A DNA stretch of 59,373 nt, counting the filler, from Asterionella formosa (Eukaryota), in NCBI GenBank assembly GCA_002256025.1. It is 10 parts of 10 records of this genome, joined end to end, with 100 filler letters (N's around TTAATTAATTAA, not from the genome) between each part and the next. Parts side by side here need not be neighbours in the genome. Positions count along the whole stretch, not along the records: positions 11,931 to 17,791 come from NKIB01012906.1; positions 17,892 to 23,751 come from NKIB01012907.1; 8 more parts are not named here. The stretch is one strand, 5' to 3'. Below the pieces are notes generated by a model that saw only the letters and a program-made list of their open reading frames with translations, searched no databases and had not been told where the DNA came from. Below are positions 11,831 to 22,826 of the stretch, one piece after another. Within the stretch, counting starts at the first letter, position 1; every line of letters begins with the position of its first letter. The position numbers and the translations under genes were made by a program.

Positions 11831-11930
11831 NNNNNNNNNNNNNNNNNNNNNNNNNNNNNNNNNNNNNNNNNNNNTTAATTAATTAANNNNNNNNNNNNNN
11901 NNNNNNNNNNNNNNNNNNNNNNNNNNNNNN

Positions 11931-12565
11931 CGGGCCAATCAAATATCGGCAAGCAATTGAAGTTGACCAATCAAAATATTTATAGTGAAGCTGGCATGTA
12001 CAATAGAAATTTTTGTACAGGAGATTTTAATACTAAATATTTTAGCACAAGACTATCATTCTGATGATGACATTTCTGCGATTATTGATTCTGATTCCGA
12101 CATTTTGGAGACCGTTGAAAAGGCCGATTTCGTCAAATTTTTGGTGGACAATAGCTCAACGCTGGCTGGGTTTGAAGAAGAGTTAAGTACATAGGTAATC
12201 TTCATATAGCCCCAGAAGCAAACTTTCGGCGAGAAACTGCAGAAAGGAACTTCCGTTTTTTTACTAGTAGGGCAAAATAAACAAGTTGGCCTGGTAAAAT
12301 CAACTATTTTCAGTAGAGTTAAAAAACCGAAGTTCCTTTCTGCAGTTTCTGGCCAGATCCTATTTACTGACGTTATATAGAGTTGACCTATACCCCTACT
12401 TCGATCAATGATGGTATTTAAACATATGGAGAGGGTGTCCAATGGTGAAAGCTCCGGGTAGCGATATGCATATTTAGCTTAGACGTGAAAAGTATGTGTT
12501 TGATTAGTCTGACTCAATATTATTTTTTAACCCTACCTCTAATTTAGGGTTGAAATGCAGGAACT
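11931..12565 (+). mobile_element. Kolobok-type family copy, truncated by contig start
   Basis: Aligns with ~10840-11448 and ends TAGGGTTGAAATGCAGGAACT|TTAA (12566-12569). Confidence 0.8.
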
Positions 12566-13268
12566 TTAAACTAAGTAGAAATTGGCACCACATAGGTAAT
12601 GTTCCATTTCAAAAGAATGATGACATTTATGTCATGTCCGCATTGGTCTATAAATTGCTTAACTCCCTGCCTAAACATATACATAGATAACAGCAGGAGT
12701 GCCGGTACATACTGGAAATCATCATGCTTCTACATACCGTTATATAATCCTGGTTCTGCTTTGAGCAACAATATAACAGCAAATGCATCAATCAACCATG
12801 AGTTCTGTTGCATCTCCAGTTGATGAAACTCCTCAACCATACAATCATGTTCCATGTCATTGTTGAATCAGAAGTTGCTGGTTGTGGGAATTGCACCTTC
12901 TGTGAATGCTGTGATTGTGCCTGCCTGGAGTGTCAATGTTGATGAGATGGGATGAGATGAGATGAGATGGACAAGTTATTTGAGCAATACATGGATATCG
13001 ACTTGGTTCAGCTATGGCTTGAAGAGGATGGTATCACACCAGGTCAAGCAAGAAACCTGTATACAAGTTTCTTGTCAAGTCACTCTGTGGTTCATTGGGG
13101 AAAAGTAACTGCATAATGATGAGATTCTCCTATAGTTTAGTCAGATAAAAGATCTATTTGAGGAAATGATATGTAGAAGGTGAAAAATAGCAAAAGAAAG
13201 GACTCAAATAATATTACATGGTACCGAGTACTTGATAGGTAACATCCAATCAAAACACAAAACATGTT

Positions 13269-14069
13269 TCATCCTTGTGGCTTGTTCATAAACATAACAA
13301 TGATGGAAAAGCAAAAGGATGCAGGTCCTGCCAAAACAAAAATATCGGAACACTTTTCCACAAATCTTACACCAGGATTATATGAATATATATTTCCAGA
13401 ATTTGCAAAGAAATGCCATGCCACATAAACGCCAAAAACCACAATGTAAAAAGCAACAACCTTGTCTTCCAACAAGATATTCTTGATTCTTGGCCAGCTG
13501 TCTGGAGGTGTTGTATTTTGACTTTCATGCTCATGTGTTTCACGCAGAACAACAACAGTAGCAACGACTTGGGGTGGTGGTATTTTCTTATTTTTTGACC
13601 ACCATGGCTGCTTTCCTGCTTTTTCATTCGCATCATTCAATCTGGCTTCCTTCAGCCACCATGGTTCATCGTGGACCTGTGGTAGCGGTGCAGAAGGAAG
13701 TGGTGCTTCTTCAGGGGCCATGACATAGGCCTCGGAAGCTTGAGGTGTGATATTCCGTGGTGCATGTCGTATCCTTTGCACAATATAAAGCGCCGCCAAT
13801 ATGTGGAGCGTTCCAAAGACAGCATTGGAAAAGTAATATGCATCGACCCAATTGTTGTATCCTCCACCGCGGTGAAATTGAAGTTGACTCACTATCGATG
13901 CCGCAATGGATACTCCATTCAAAAAGAAAGTTACGATGTAATAGGAAACAAATGGAGAGGACAAACACCCTCGACGCTCGTCGTCAAAGTACGCTTCTTC
14001 ATCACGCTTTCGATTTCCTCCGACCCGTTGCGCACTCAAGTTCAAGGTTCGTCCAAGAACGGCTGCCAT
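13269..14069 (-). CDS. Hypothetical membrane protein (about 4 hydrophobic helices in two pairs)
   Basis: Intact 266-aa ATG ORF with two hydrophobic pairs separated by a Pro-rich loop. No family recognised. Confidence 0.65.
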   Translation of the reverse strand: MAAVLGRTLNLSAQRVGGNRKRDEEAYFDDERRGCLSSPFVSYYIVTFFLNGVSIAASIVSQLQFHRGGGYNNWVDAYYFSNAVFGTLHILAALYIVQRIRHAPRNITPQASEAYVMAPEEAPLPSAPLPQVHDEPWWLKEARLNDANEKAGKQPWWSKNKKIPPPQVVATVVVLRETHEHESQNTTPPDSWPRIKNILLEDKVVAFYIVVFGVYVAWHFFANSGNIYSYNPGVRFVEKCSDIFVLAGPASFCFSIIVMFMNKPQG

Positions 14070-15299
14070 GTCTATCGTGGTACGGATGCTAGCTACGTTC
14101 GATTAGGCAACAAACAGCAGCAACAGCAAGGGCAAAGGCAAAGGGAGCGAAGGACAAAACAAAATCTCGAATATGCTTGGAATGAAAGTACTGGCTATAG
14201 TGGTCCATTTGTAACAACTGCTTTGACTTGAAATCAGTTTACCGGAACCCAGAACCTGCATACCGGTACTTGCACGGGACCTGGTAACCTGGTACTTTAC
14301 GAGGTTCTTCCAGATTTGGCGACAATTGTAAACCGGTATACTTATGTTACCGTTACGACGAGGAAAGCCGAGGGGACGTGATGTAGTCTGGGACGTGATC
14401 GACGGGATCAACCCCCGTTTTCACACCCGGAAAATGCTGGACACCCCGGTAATCCAACTGACCCTGGAAAGACAACATTGTTCTTCATTGCAAATAAAAA
14501 GTATCATATTTATGAGATCATGGGTACTATCATATGGTAACTGGCACAGAAATTTTTGCCACATGATGATAACATCATTATGTGTATGACAGGTACATAT
14601 CAAACATACTATGAATAATTGATTGCACTTGCTTATAAAGTCTATGCTTTTTATAAACATTGATCAAGAAGTTCTAGTATAATGAATCATCAATTATATT
14701 AAACCTTTCAGATAATAATCATAATAATAATCAATATTGACTCAATATTATAACAACAAGTCACCATCATACAATATAAAGTGATTGTGTAACAACAATT
14801 GAAGTCGTAATCGCCATTCCTCCTTGAATTTCAATGTCTCTTCTCATGATCATTGAATACTAATTGTTTCTACAACAGCATCATCAATTTAGCTTAATGA
14901 CGTCATATGAGGCATCATATGCTGTGTGTTCATTCATCTATTCCCTGTATTGATACCGTCGTCTTTGTCATGAGATTCACTATTCAAAATATTTAGAAAT
15001 AGATTGAAATTTAACCACTATATTTAGAAATGATTGTTTTAATTTATCCATTGAGATGCAACATAGTGTTCTCTCTACCTTGTCACAATGCTTGCTGACT
15101 CGCCCATTTCCTCACCACTTCCTTAGTATTTCACATGAAGTCGCAAGGTACATCATTGAATTGCAGCAGTAGTGAACTATTGATCATTTTGTTGACTTTT
15201 CATTTCAGATTTTGTGCATGAGAATGAATATGTAACCACGATTCCCAAAAAATGTAGCCATGTATAAATGTATAAAAATTTGTATTACTATACATCTAT

Positions 15300-15880
15300 A
15301 TATATATATAGTTGAATATTTGAAAAATTCAACCTTTCTCGTAATATCTCACATGTATAGCACAATATCACCAATATTACCCATAACTAATTTGAATACC
15401 ATCTAAGCCGCGAAATACGCCACTTTTCGAAATTTCGTCTACGTATGAGTGTTAATTGTGTGGTACATCTAAGCCGCGTATTACGTGAAGTGACCATCAC
15501 ATAAATAAGCCTAGTTGATTTTGAATGCATCACATGAATTAGTTGAATACATCAAAATACGTAGTTGAATACTATATCTATATATTATCTGAATGCATCA
15601 CGTTAAATATTTGATCAAAGTATCATGCATGCATTCCTGATCATCACTATATTACGTCATCACCTTCACGTAATTCTGTAATTTAGTTCACATTGCCTTA
15701 TAATTTCGTTCACATAATTCTAGAATAAAGTTCACTTAATATGTAAAATTTGTTCACGTAATTTTCTGGAGTTCATTCAACTAATTATCACAGGGTTGTT
15801 CAACTAATTATCTGAAGGCCATTCCACTATTTTTCTGAAGGTTGTTCAACTACTTTACTGCAGGTAATCCAACTAAATTA
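15300..15880. repeat. Cryptic degenerate ~22-bp repeat array in two opposed orientations
   Basis: AGTTGAAT-like units at 15310-15570. Complementary GTTCAACTA/GTTCACGTA units recur about every 22 bp from 15685 to 15875. Confidence 0.55.
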
Positions 15881-16562
15881 AAGAGTTTCATTAATGAAAT
15901 AAAACCTGCTCATTCGGAACGGCATGAGAATGCTCCTGAATTGAAAGGGTTTGCTGCAATGTCAATTTAATGTAGAGGAAGATCAGTGTAAGTTATCAGT
16001 AACGTTGCTCATATAGCCGTCAAAAAAGCGCAGTAATCTTACCAGAACAACTTTCATTCCGGACCTCATTGTCCCTGCCTGATATCAACAACAATTCGTG
16101 AGCTGACAAGCCATACTAGCATTAAGATACACAACAAAAACATGTTAATCTAGCTGCTGAAGAGCCAGTACGGGGTGATTGGCTGTTGACCGCATTGGTT
16201 GCTTACTTTTTCACCATGCTAATTTTTGTGTTTGTGGACCCTCCTGCTGTGTGGCAAAACTCCTGGCGCGGCCTTGATTCTTTCGTTGTACCACAACAAC
16301 GTACATTCTACCAGAAAAACACCGGCGCGGTCTTGCTAAATGTTTCGTCCGGTCCAAATTCTGTATCTACAAGCGTGAATTGTTAGAATAGCATATTGTT
16401 ACTCCTACTATAAGCTGACTATCAGCCATTGTGCCTTTTCATGACATGTATTTTATTTGACGTTGGAGATATATAGAAATAACATCCTCTGCAAATGCAT
16501 TGTTTCATAGATACGAAATTAGTTATCATGTACTAACAGCTAGCTAGATATATGTGTTACGG

Positions 16563-17324
16563 TTAGATCTCTTCCATTTTTCCTTCAAACTGCATCATAT
16601 TTCTCTGAACACTACTACCCGTAGTAAGGTAATGTTCATAAGGTAGATGAACATTTTCTTCTCTTGCAGCAGCATATCTTCTGTTCAGCTCCTCCTCAGT
16701 ATGGCAAGCTCGTTCCCTTATATTTAAAGCAGAGAAATTGCCCGATGTCTCAGCATAACACTCAATGAAATATTTCTTGAATCTTTTTTTATCGAGTCGC
16801 CTATACTCAGGAATGTCACTGTCATGGAAATCCTCCATAGTCATCTGGTTGTTTGCCTTTAACATCTCTTCGTGTTCTCTGGGAACTGTCAGGTAATGAC
16901 GTTCCATACATTTTGTCATGGCTTCCATAACCAGAATAGCCATCCCTTGGCGCTTACAATTCATAAAATCCTTGTCCAACGATGATTTCCAGTTAACTTG
17001 CACCTGGTTCAAAGTAGTTGGTGTTTTAGTCGAACTTTGTGAGCGATTCGATAAGCTTTTAATAGAACTTCCTGACATTCCATTAAGTTCATTTTCTGAT
17101 GGTGTCACATTTCCTTCCATTGTTGGTAGCGAGGCCACATTGGGTGGTGGCCGTGGGAAAGAACCATCAACACAAATTGGATTTCTTAAGGGGGTGCTGC
17201 TTCTATCAGTTTCTGGTGAAGTGCCCGAAAGATCGCTAATTGAAGAGACTGTGGGAGGGATACTAGCGGTACTTGGAGTTTTTGCCTTCCCCAGGTCGTT
17301 TCGTACCCTAATCACTGGTGGCAT
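16563..17324 (-). CDS. Hypothetical protein, probably a transposon-borne accessory ORF (may be spliced)
   Basis: 253-aa ATG ORF with a Ser/Pro/Thr-rich N-terminus, directly downstream of a TE-like pseudogene. No family recognised. Confidence 0.4.
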   Translation of the reverse strand: MPPVIRVRNDLGKAKTPSTASIPPTVSSISDLSGTSPETDRSSTPLRNPICVDGSFPRPPPNVASLPTMEGNVTPSENELNGMSGSSIKSLSNRSQSSTKTPTTLNQVQVNWKSSLDKDFMNCKRQGMAILVMEAMTKCMERHYLTVPREHEEMLKANNQMTMEDFHDSDIPEYRRLDKKRFKKYFIECYAETSGNFSALNIRERACHTEEELNRRYAAAREENVHLPYEHYLTTGSSVQRNMMQFEGKMEEI

Positions 17325-17411
17325 ATAAGCAAGAACTTACCCACATTAGAAGTGTGATTACATTAGTGTTAGCTTGTAAATGAGAATAATACTAATATTA
17401 ATAATAACAAA

Positions 17412-17791
17412 TCATTTCTTACCTCCCATTTTGGTCACATTTGTATCCTTCTTTTGCATATTCATGAACATAGACTCCAAAGCAATGCTGTTTGCAGACT
17501 CACGTAGGTGCTTGACTTGATCATACATTGTATTGAACCTTGCATAACCCTTTGTTTCCCACCCTCCATACCGTTTGCCAACTCCTCCATGGTTTGTATA
17601 GAGGCATTTCACCAAAACACCTGAACCACCATCACTGCCAGCAATTTCATTACCAGTATCCCCAGTTGTATAGTTCTGGGTCCATACATCTCAACTATTT
17701 TCCAAGACAAGCAAGGCATATGCTTCATCCGATACAGTCATGATGGACGAGGCCATATTTTTTGTGTTTTTGGCTAGCATAATCACCATAC
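17412..17791 (-). pseudogene. Disrupted ORF of a type recurrent in diatom DNA-transposon sequence
   Basis: TVSDEAYALLVLENS*DVW...KRYGGWETKGYARFNTMY with an in-frame stop. The TE association is recalled, not verified. Confidence 0.45.
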
Positions 17792-17891
17792 NNNNNNNNN
17801 NNNNNNNNNNNNNNNNNNNNNNNNNNNNNNNNNNNTTAATTAATTAANNNNNNNNNNNNNNNNNNNNNNNNNNNNNNNNNNNNNNNNNNNN

Positions 17892-18990
17892 TACATTGAC
17901 TAGTACTATGGAGAGAGTAAGGAGGGATACTGGAATTATGCACACATGGTGTGTCAATTCGAAGATTTTGTAGATATCCTTAAGGTACTACACCCCACTT
18001 TCCATTTTGTTTTCCTCTGCAACCAATCGTCTGGTCATTCAAAGCAACGCCCCAGCGGTCTTAATGCATCCCGAATGAACAAGTCATTTGGAAGAAGGAA
18101 CACATTAATGAGAGAAACGAAAAAAGAAACAATATAAGGATACCTGGGAACTTACAATTCCCACTCAATGCCTTACTTTTCTACAATCAGATCAGGTTCC
18201 ATTTTGGCTCACCTCTACTCAAGCTGAAGCATGTCGCCATGATGTTGTGATTGGGACAAAAAATTCTGACCGAAATTGGCTGTCATTGACAATGGACCTG
18301 CTAATCAAAGGAGTAAACACGAAAGGGAAAAGCAAAATAGTAGAGTTAGTCGAACTATGTACAAAGAATTCCATTGATGCAAACAAAGAAATAATTGAAA
18401 GAAAGAAGGTTGGGTGGGTGGGTAAGTCGAATGGCATGTTACAGGTGTTATGGGAGAAAGAATTCATTGATGAAATGAGCATTGAAAAATACAAAGTTAC
18501 TGGAAAGAACGACGATTTCGGAATCGTTGACAATTTTACAAGCTTAAGACACATGATGACGATGTGCTCGCTCCGACTTCCTTCTCATGAGCAAGGAATG
18601 ATGGAATTCATTGGACGAAAGGTTGGAGTTGAAGTTATTCTAACTCCAAAATGCCGTCCAGAACTTGCAGGTGAAGGAGTTGAATACATTTGGGCATGCT
18701 CCAAGAACCACTATCGAAATCTATCCCTGAAGGGGAAAAAGCAAGGGAAAGGCAAATTTACAGAAGAAGTTAGAAAATGTTTGTGGGTTGATGTGATTCT
18801 TACATTGACGCGAATAATAAAGTTTGCAAAACGAGCGACTCAATTTTTGATTGCTTACCATGCGATTGATAGTGGTCCAGTCAACACAATACACTCACAA
18901 AGCGACAGACATGGACCTGTTGCAGTTGAAAAGTTGATTGGCAAGTTCAGAACTCATCATTGTGCAATGGACTTGCATCGACAACGATGA
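17892..18990 (+). pseudogene. Degenerate DDE transposase, IS630/Tc1/mariner-like
   Basis: Fragments GYWNYAHMVCQFED...FVFLCNQSSGH, LQVLWE and TPKCRPELAGEGVEYIWACSKNHYR (PxxxPELxxIExxW motif), split by stops and frameshifts. Confidence 0.7.
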
Positions 18991-19348
18991 TTAATTATCA
19001 ATATTTAATGATGAACCAGTAACTATTTCTAATGAAGGGAAACAAACATCTAAAATGAGGACTCTTCCTTGATGTATGCAAAACAAATATTTGGTGAAAC
19101 TAAATTTCTAACATACTACCGGTACACGGTATGAGCGGCTACCCGATGTACTTTGCAGATGCATCCACCAGCCACATAATGCATTACTGGTAGTCTACCT
19201 GATACCGTACATGTATAAATAATGCTAAAGGTAAGATACAACCAAGGGTGGATAGTGCCTGCGAGTATTCTTTTGTTCTAGGCTTGGGAGGCATGAGAAC
19301 GTTAACCGAACGAGTGGCGCCCCTCCCGAGTAGGGTCTTAACTAGTAG

Positions 19349-19632
19349 GCAATTCACAACCTAGGTATCGGGGCGCTTTTCGCCACTGCATTACCCTTTG
19401 AGTTAACATTGAAAACATATTTTATATACTTTGTATGTTGGATGCGAACTAGCCAATTGCCCTTCAAACAAAACATATTTTGTATACATACTTTTTATGT
19501 TCAAACCTAAAATTGACCACTGCCGAAATATCTGCTGTGCCCCTATATTGCCCCTAATAAAAAATTACTTAGAGGAAAACAAAAATTACTTACACACCAA
19601 CAGAGCACGATGATACCTAGGGTGGGGATTGC
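19349..19632. mobile_element. ~285-bp MITE-like member of the GCAATTC-terminated family
   Basis: Ends GCAATTCACAACCTAGGTATC / GATACCTAGGGTGGGGATTGC. Internal TGTGCCCC.ATATTGCCC...AAAAATTACTTAGA is shared with 54360-54430. Confidence 0.55.
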
Positions 19633-19849
19633 TCGTACAGCTTTACAGGTAATATCGGCACATGTTAAAACCGCGGTAGTATACCGGTAATAACTCCAGT
19701 TTAAGTCCTCCTCCAAGTCGGAGAGTTGTTGACGCTTGGAAGAAGTGCCCTTTCAACAACCACTCTCTTCTGTGATATTGATTTAGAATTATTCAAACGA
19801 CGATAAACTGTTAGGTCTGAGACGCGGCTGTATCAAAGGATTTTGTATA

Positions 19850-20485
19850 ATGAGTGAGTGACGTTTCAGCGAAGGCAGGCTGTGAAATGATTCACTCTTT
19901 TTTCTTAATCGATGTCACCTCGTTCATTCTCGATCCTAATTCGTGTCCTATTCTTTCATATACAGGTGCTGTTGGTGTCCCAATTAAGCTTTTGTTTGAA
20001 GCAGAAGGAATGAAGATCACAGTCGAGGTAGGTGGATTCAGTCAACCATGCCATTTCATTTCTGTTACCCATTTGTCGACTTTTTAAAACCCTAAAACTG
20101 ATCTCGGTTTTCAAAATGCAGATGAAATCCGGTGAAATCTATAGGGGCCTCTTGTTGAGTGCAGAAGACACCATGAATGTCTCTTTATCCGAAGTGATTC
20201 GGACAGCTCGGAATGGCAAGATTTCCAAGCTGCCCAATGTCTATCTCAGAGGCAGTGGCGTTCGGTTCATAGCTTTGCCCGATTTGTTGAAGAATGCTCC
20301 TTGCTTTCAAAAGGTGCAGGCTATGAAACGCAAGATGGAAGAAACTCAGGCACAGCGAGAAGGTACAGGTGAGCCGCAAGGGTGTTGGTGTGGATGTTTC
20401 TGTCCCAGTTGTTGTAACTGTTCTAATATTTTGTCACTTTTCAAATTTGTAAGGTGGGTCAGCGAAAAGAAAGCGGATAGATTAA
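19850..20485 (+). CDS. SNRPD3: Small nuclear ribonucleoprotein Sm D3-like; exons 19850-19853, 19966-20027, 20122-20368, 20454-20485
   Basis: Three GT-AG introns give an open frame MSAVGVPIKLLFEAEG...GEIYRG.LLSAEDTMN...VYLRGSGVRFIALPDLLKNAP (Sm1 and Sm2 motifs of SmD3). The last exon is less certain. Confidence 0.88.
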
Positions 20486-21917
20486 GAGATGTGAATAATT
20501 ACAAATGAATGGGGAAACAAGGACAAATCAGAATTAATAATTTCAATAATATATGTTCTATTTTATCGCAGTTAGTTCCCTTCCAATGGTCAACGCCCCT
20601 TGCTATGGTGACACCCAGGGCGACTACCCATTTTCCCAGAAGCGTTGTAGGAATAGGAGTACTACGAACTGACACACATGAATATATGTATGTATCTATA
20701 TATATTCAATCGTAACTCATTGTCCCAGGTGAGAATGTTAAAGGCACTTATAAGGGCTTCGCCACCGAGTCAGGCAGGTATATGCCGAATCTCTTCTTGC
20801 AAGCCACTCTGTGCTTACTGAACTTGTCGTCTGGTGAGAATCTGGCCGGGTGAGCACTTTCGGTCACCTTTCCCTCAGGATTCTCTTTCTGGGGTTGATA
20901 GTGACAGACAAATGGTTGAGTTACATTTTAGAGGGGAGGACTTGCCACAATCGCCAACAATAACAACCAATTGTTTGCACACCTTGAGAGTATATACGCG
21001 CTTCCCGCTGCTGTCCAAATAATACATCAAATGCATGGTACTTGTAGCTCTTTAGAGATTTGAATGGGAGGAATAGGAATGATAGCGGATGAGGTGAGAT
21101 AGATGGAACGGCAACACTCCCGACGGAGAAGAAATGGTCAACACTTTGTTATTACATATCTTTGATGGTGCATATCAGGGCTTCCCTGTAATACCGTAGT
21201 CTACCGGTACTAATTGCATCGATTACTTATTAAAGAATTTGCAAAATAAAAATGTACAAAAAAATAAAGCAAACAAAGCAGAAAAATATAGCTGCAACAG
21301 TACAAGCAATGCATGGCTAAGGCTGATGATAGATAATACTGGTGCCGGTATATATGTACCGGTAGGTCATGGGCTTTGGTACAAATATCTTACGTACAGT
21401 ACTGGGACGGAAGTGCGTACGTAGCAAGGATATAACGACATGGCTCTGTTGCATCGAATGTACAGCACAGTACCTGGTAGCTGGTACCTGGTACCTGGTA
21501 CCCAAGTATGGTACCAGGTACCTGGCACTACTCCGGAGTGGTACCTGGTACAACTCTTCACGTTGACACCATAGCATACCGTGATAATATTACGTCGTCA
21601 CTATTATCTTGGGAGTGGTCTAGTCTAGCCGGAGTTCCACAGATTGGTGGATGCACTGGTGCATGATAGTTTTCTGGCTGAGCGTCAAAATAAGGACAAT
21701 ACCTTATTCAAACATCACTATATCTGTATTGCTTTGGGTGTCGTCATCAGGCATCAATGTAAATACCAGTACCGGTAGCCATTGTCGGCTAGTACCGGTA
21801 CGGTATTCGCTTGTATCTGTCGTCAAAAGTTGACCCTTGTTATTGTTATCACCCTTAAACATACCGACTCCAGAGTTGAGCGTGGGTATATCTCCAAACC
21901 TCAAGGGCCGGAAAACA

Positions 21918-22826
21918 ATGGGAATTCATTCCAATTTTATGTTGTCGGCTTCGGTTGCGGTTCTGTTGGCTTCGTCGATGGCCTTGGCGACACCGTCGAA
22001 GTTGACACCGCAGGTTGCAGCAATGAGAGCTAGACACGCGCTCAGCAGAGGCGCCTTTCTCGGAATGAGTGGAGGGAGCGACGAAGCCTACACCGAAATT
22101 CCAAATCCAATGGGAGAGCCTTTGGAGAAGATTCAGCCTCCAGCTCCTCCTGGTGTGCCTGAACTTGAAACTACTGATAATGCCATTGTTGATGTACCTT
22201 CCAGTCGGTTGGGGGCCAACGCACCTTCACCAGGACTGTTGAGGAAGGCATTCCCTGCCTTTCCTTGGCACAAAGTGCCCAATTCTCTCACTTACATTCG
22301 ATGCTTGGCTATCCCCGTTTTTGTTGCCCTCTTTTATCAACCTAAACGACACTTGGAATGTGGAATCATATTTGCTGTCGCTTCCTTCACAGACTGGTTA
22401 GACGGATTCTTGGCGAGACGGTGGGACATTACCAGTCCTTTTGGGGCATTCCTCGACCCGGTTGCTGATAAACTCATGGTAAGTACTGCCTTAATTCTTT
22501 TAAGTGGACACTATGGGATGTCGATTGCTATTCCGGCGTCAATCATTTTGGCCAGAGAAATCGCAGTATCGGCCCTTCGGGAGTGGATGGCACAACGGGG
22601 GCTGCGTGACTCTGTTAAAGTTGGGTTTCAGGGGAAGGTGAAGGCTGCTGCAACCATGTGTGCGTTGACTTTGCTGCTTTTGGTTCCGTTGGAGAAGGGC
22701 ACTGGTTTCTTGACTAAGCTCTACCAGCCTGGCTTGGCACTTCTCTACCTTTCAACAGTTGTGACTGTCACAAGTGGTAGTGTGTATTTTAGAGCGGCTG
22801 CACCAGTCCTATTTGGGCACAACTAG
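21918..22826 (+). CDS. pgsA: CDP-diacylglycerol--glycerol-3-phosphate 3-phosphatidyltransferase, probably plastid-targeted
   Basis: PNSLTYIR and the CDP-alcohol phosphotransferase motif DWLDGFLARRWDITSPFGAFLDPVADK, plus REIAVSALRE and GKVK. N-terminal signal peptide and transit-like region from ATG 21918. Confidence 0.92.
   Translation: MGIHSNFMLSASVAVLLASSMALATPSKLTPQVAAMRARHALSRGAFLGMSGGSDEAYTEIPNPMGEPLEKIQPPAPPGVPELETTDNAIVDVPSSRLGANAPSPGLLRKAFPAFPWHKVPNSLTYIRCLAIPVFVALFYQPKRHLECGIIFAVASFTDWLDGFLARRWDITSPFGAFLDPVADKLMVSTALILLSGHYGMSIAIPASIILAREIAVSALREWMAQRGLRDSVKVGFQGKVKAAATMCALTLLLLVPLEKGTGFLTKLYQPGLALLYLSTVVTVTSGSVYFRAAAPVLFGHN

Noticed and set aside
11618..11878. Poly-Thr ORF and other ORFs running into X
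   Set aside because: Translation of an (AAC)n microsatellite and spacer Ns.
13367..14231. Multiple overlapping short ORFs around the membrane protein (likewise antisense ORFs over the PRMT-like, PPR, nadA, arginase and ARM genes)
   Set aside because: Shadow frames of real coding sequence with no recognisable motifs.
21918..22826. Bacterial contamination suggested by intronless pgsA and nadA-like genes
   Set aside because: pgsA has a eukaryotic targeting extension and shares its contig with spliced SmD3, and nadA has a spliceosomal intron.
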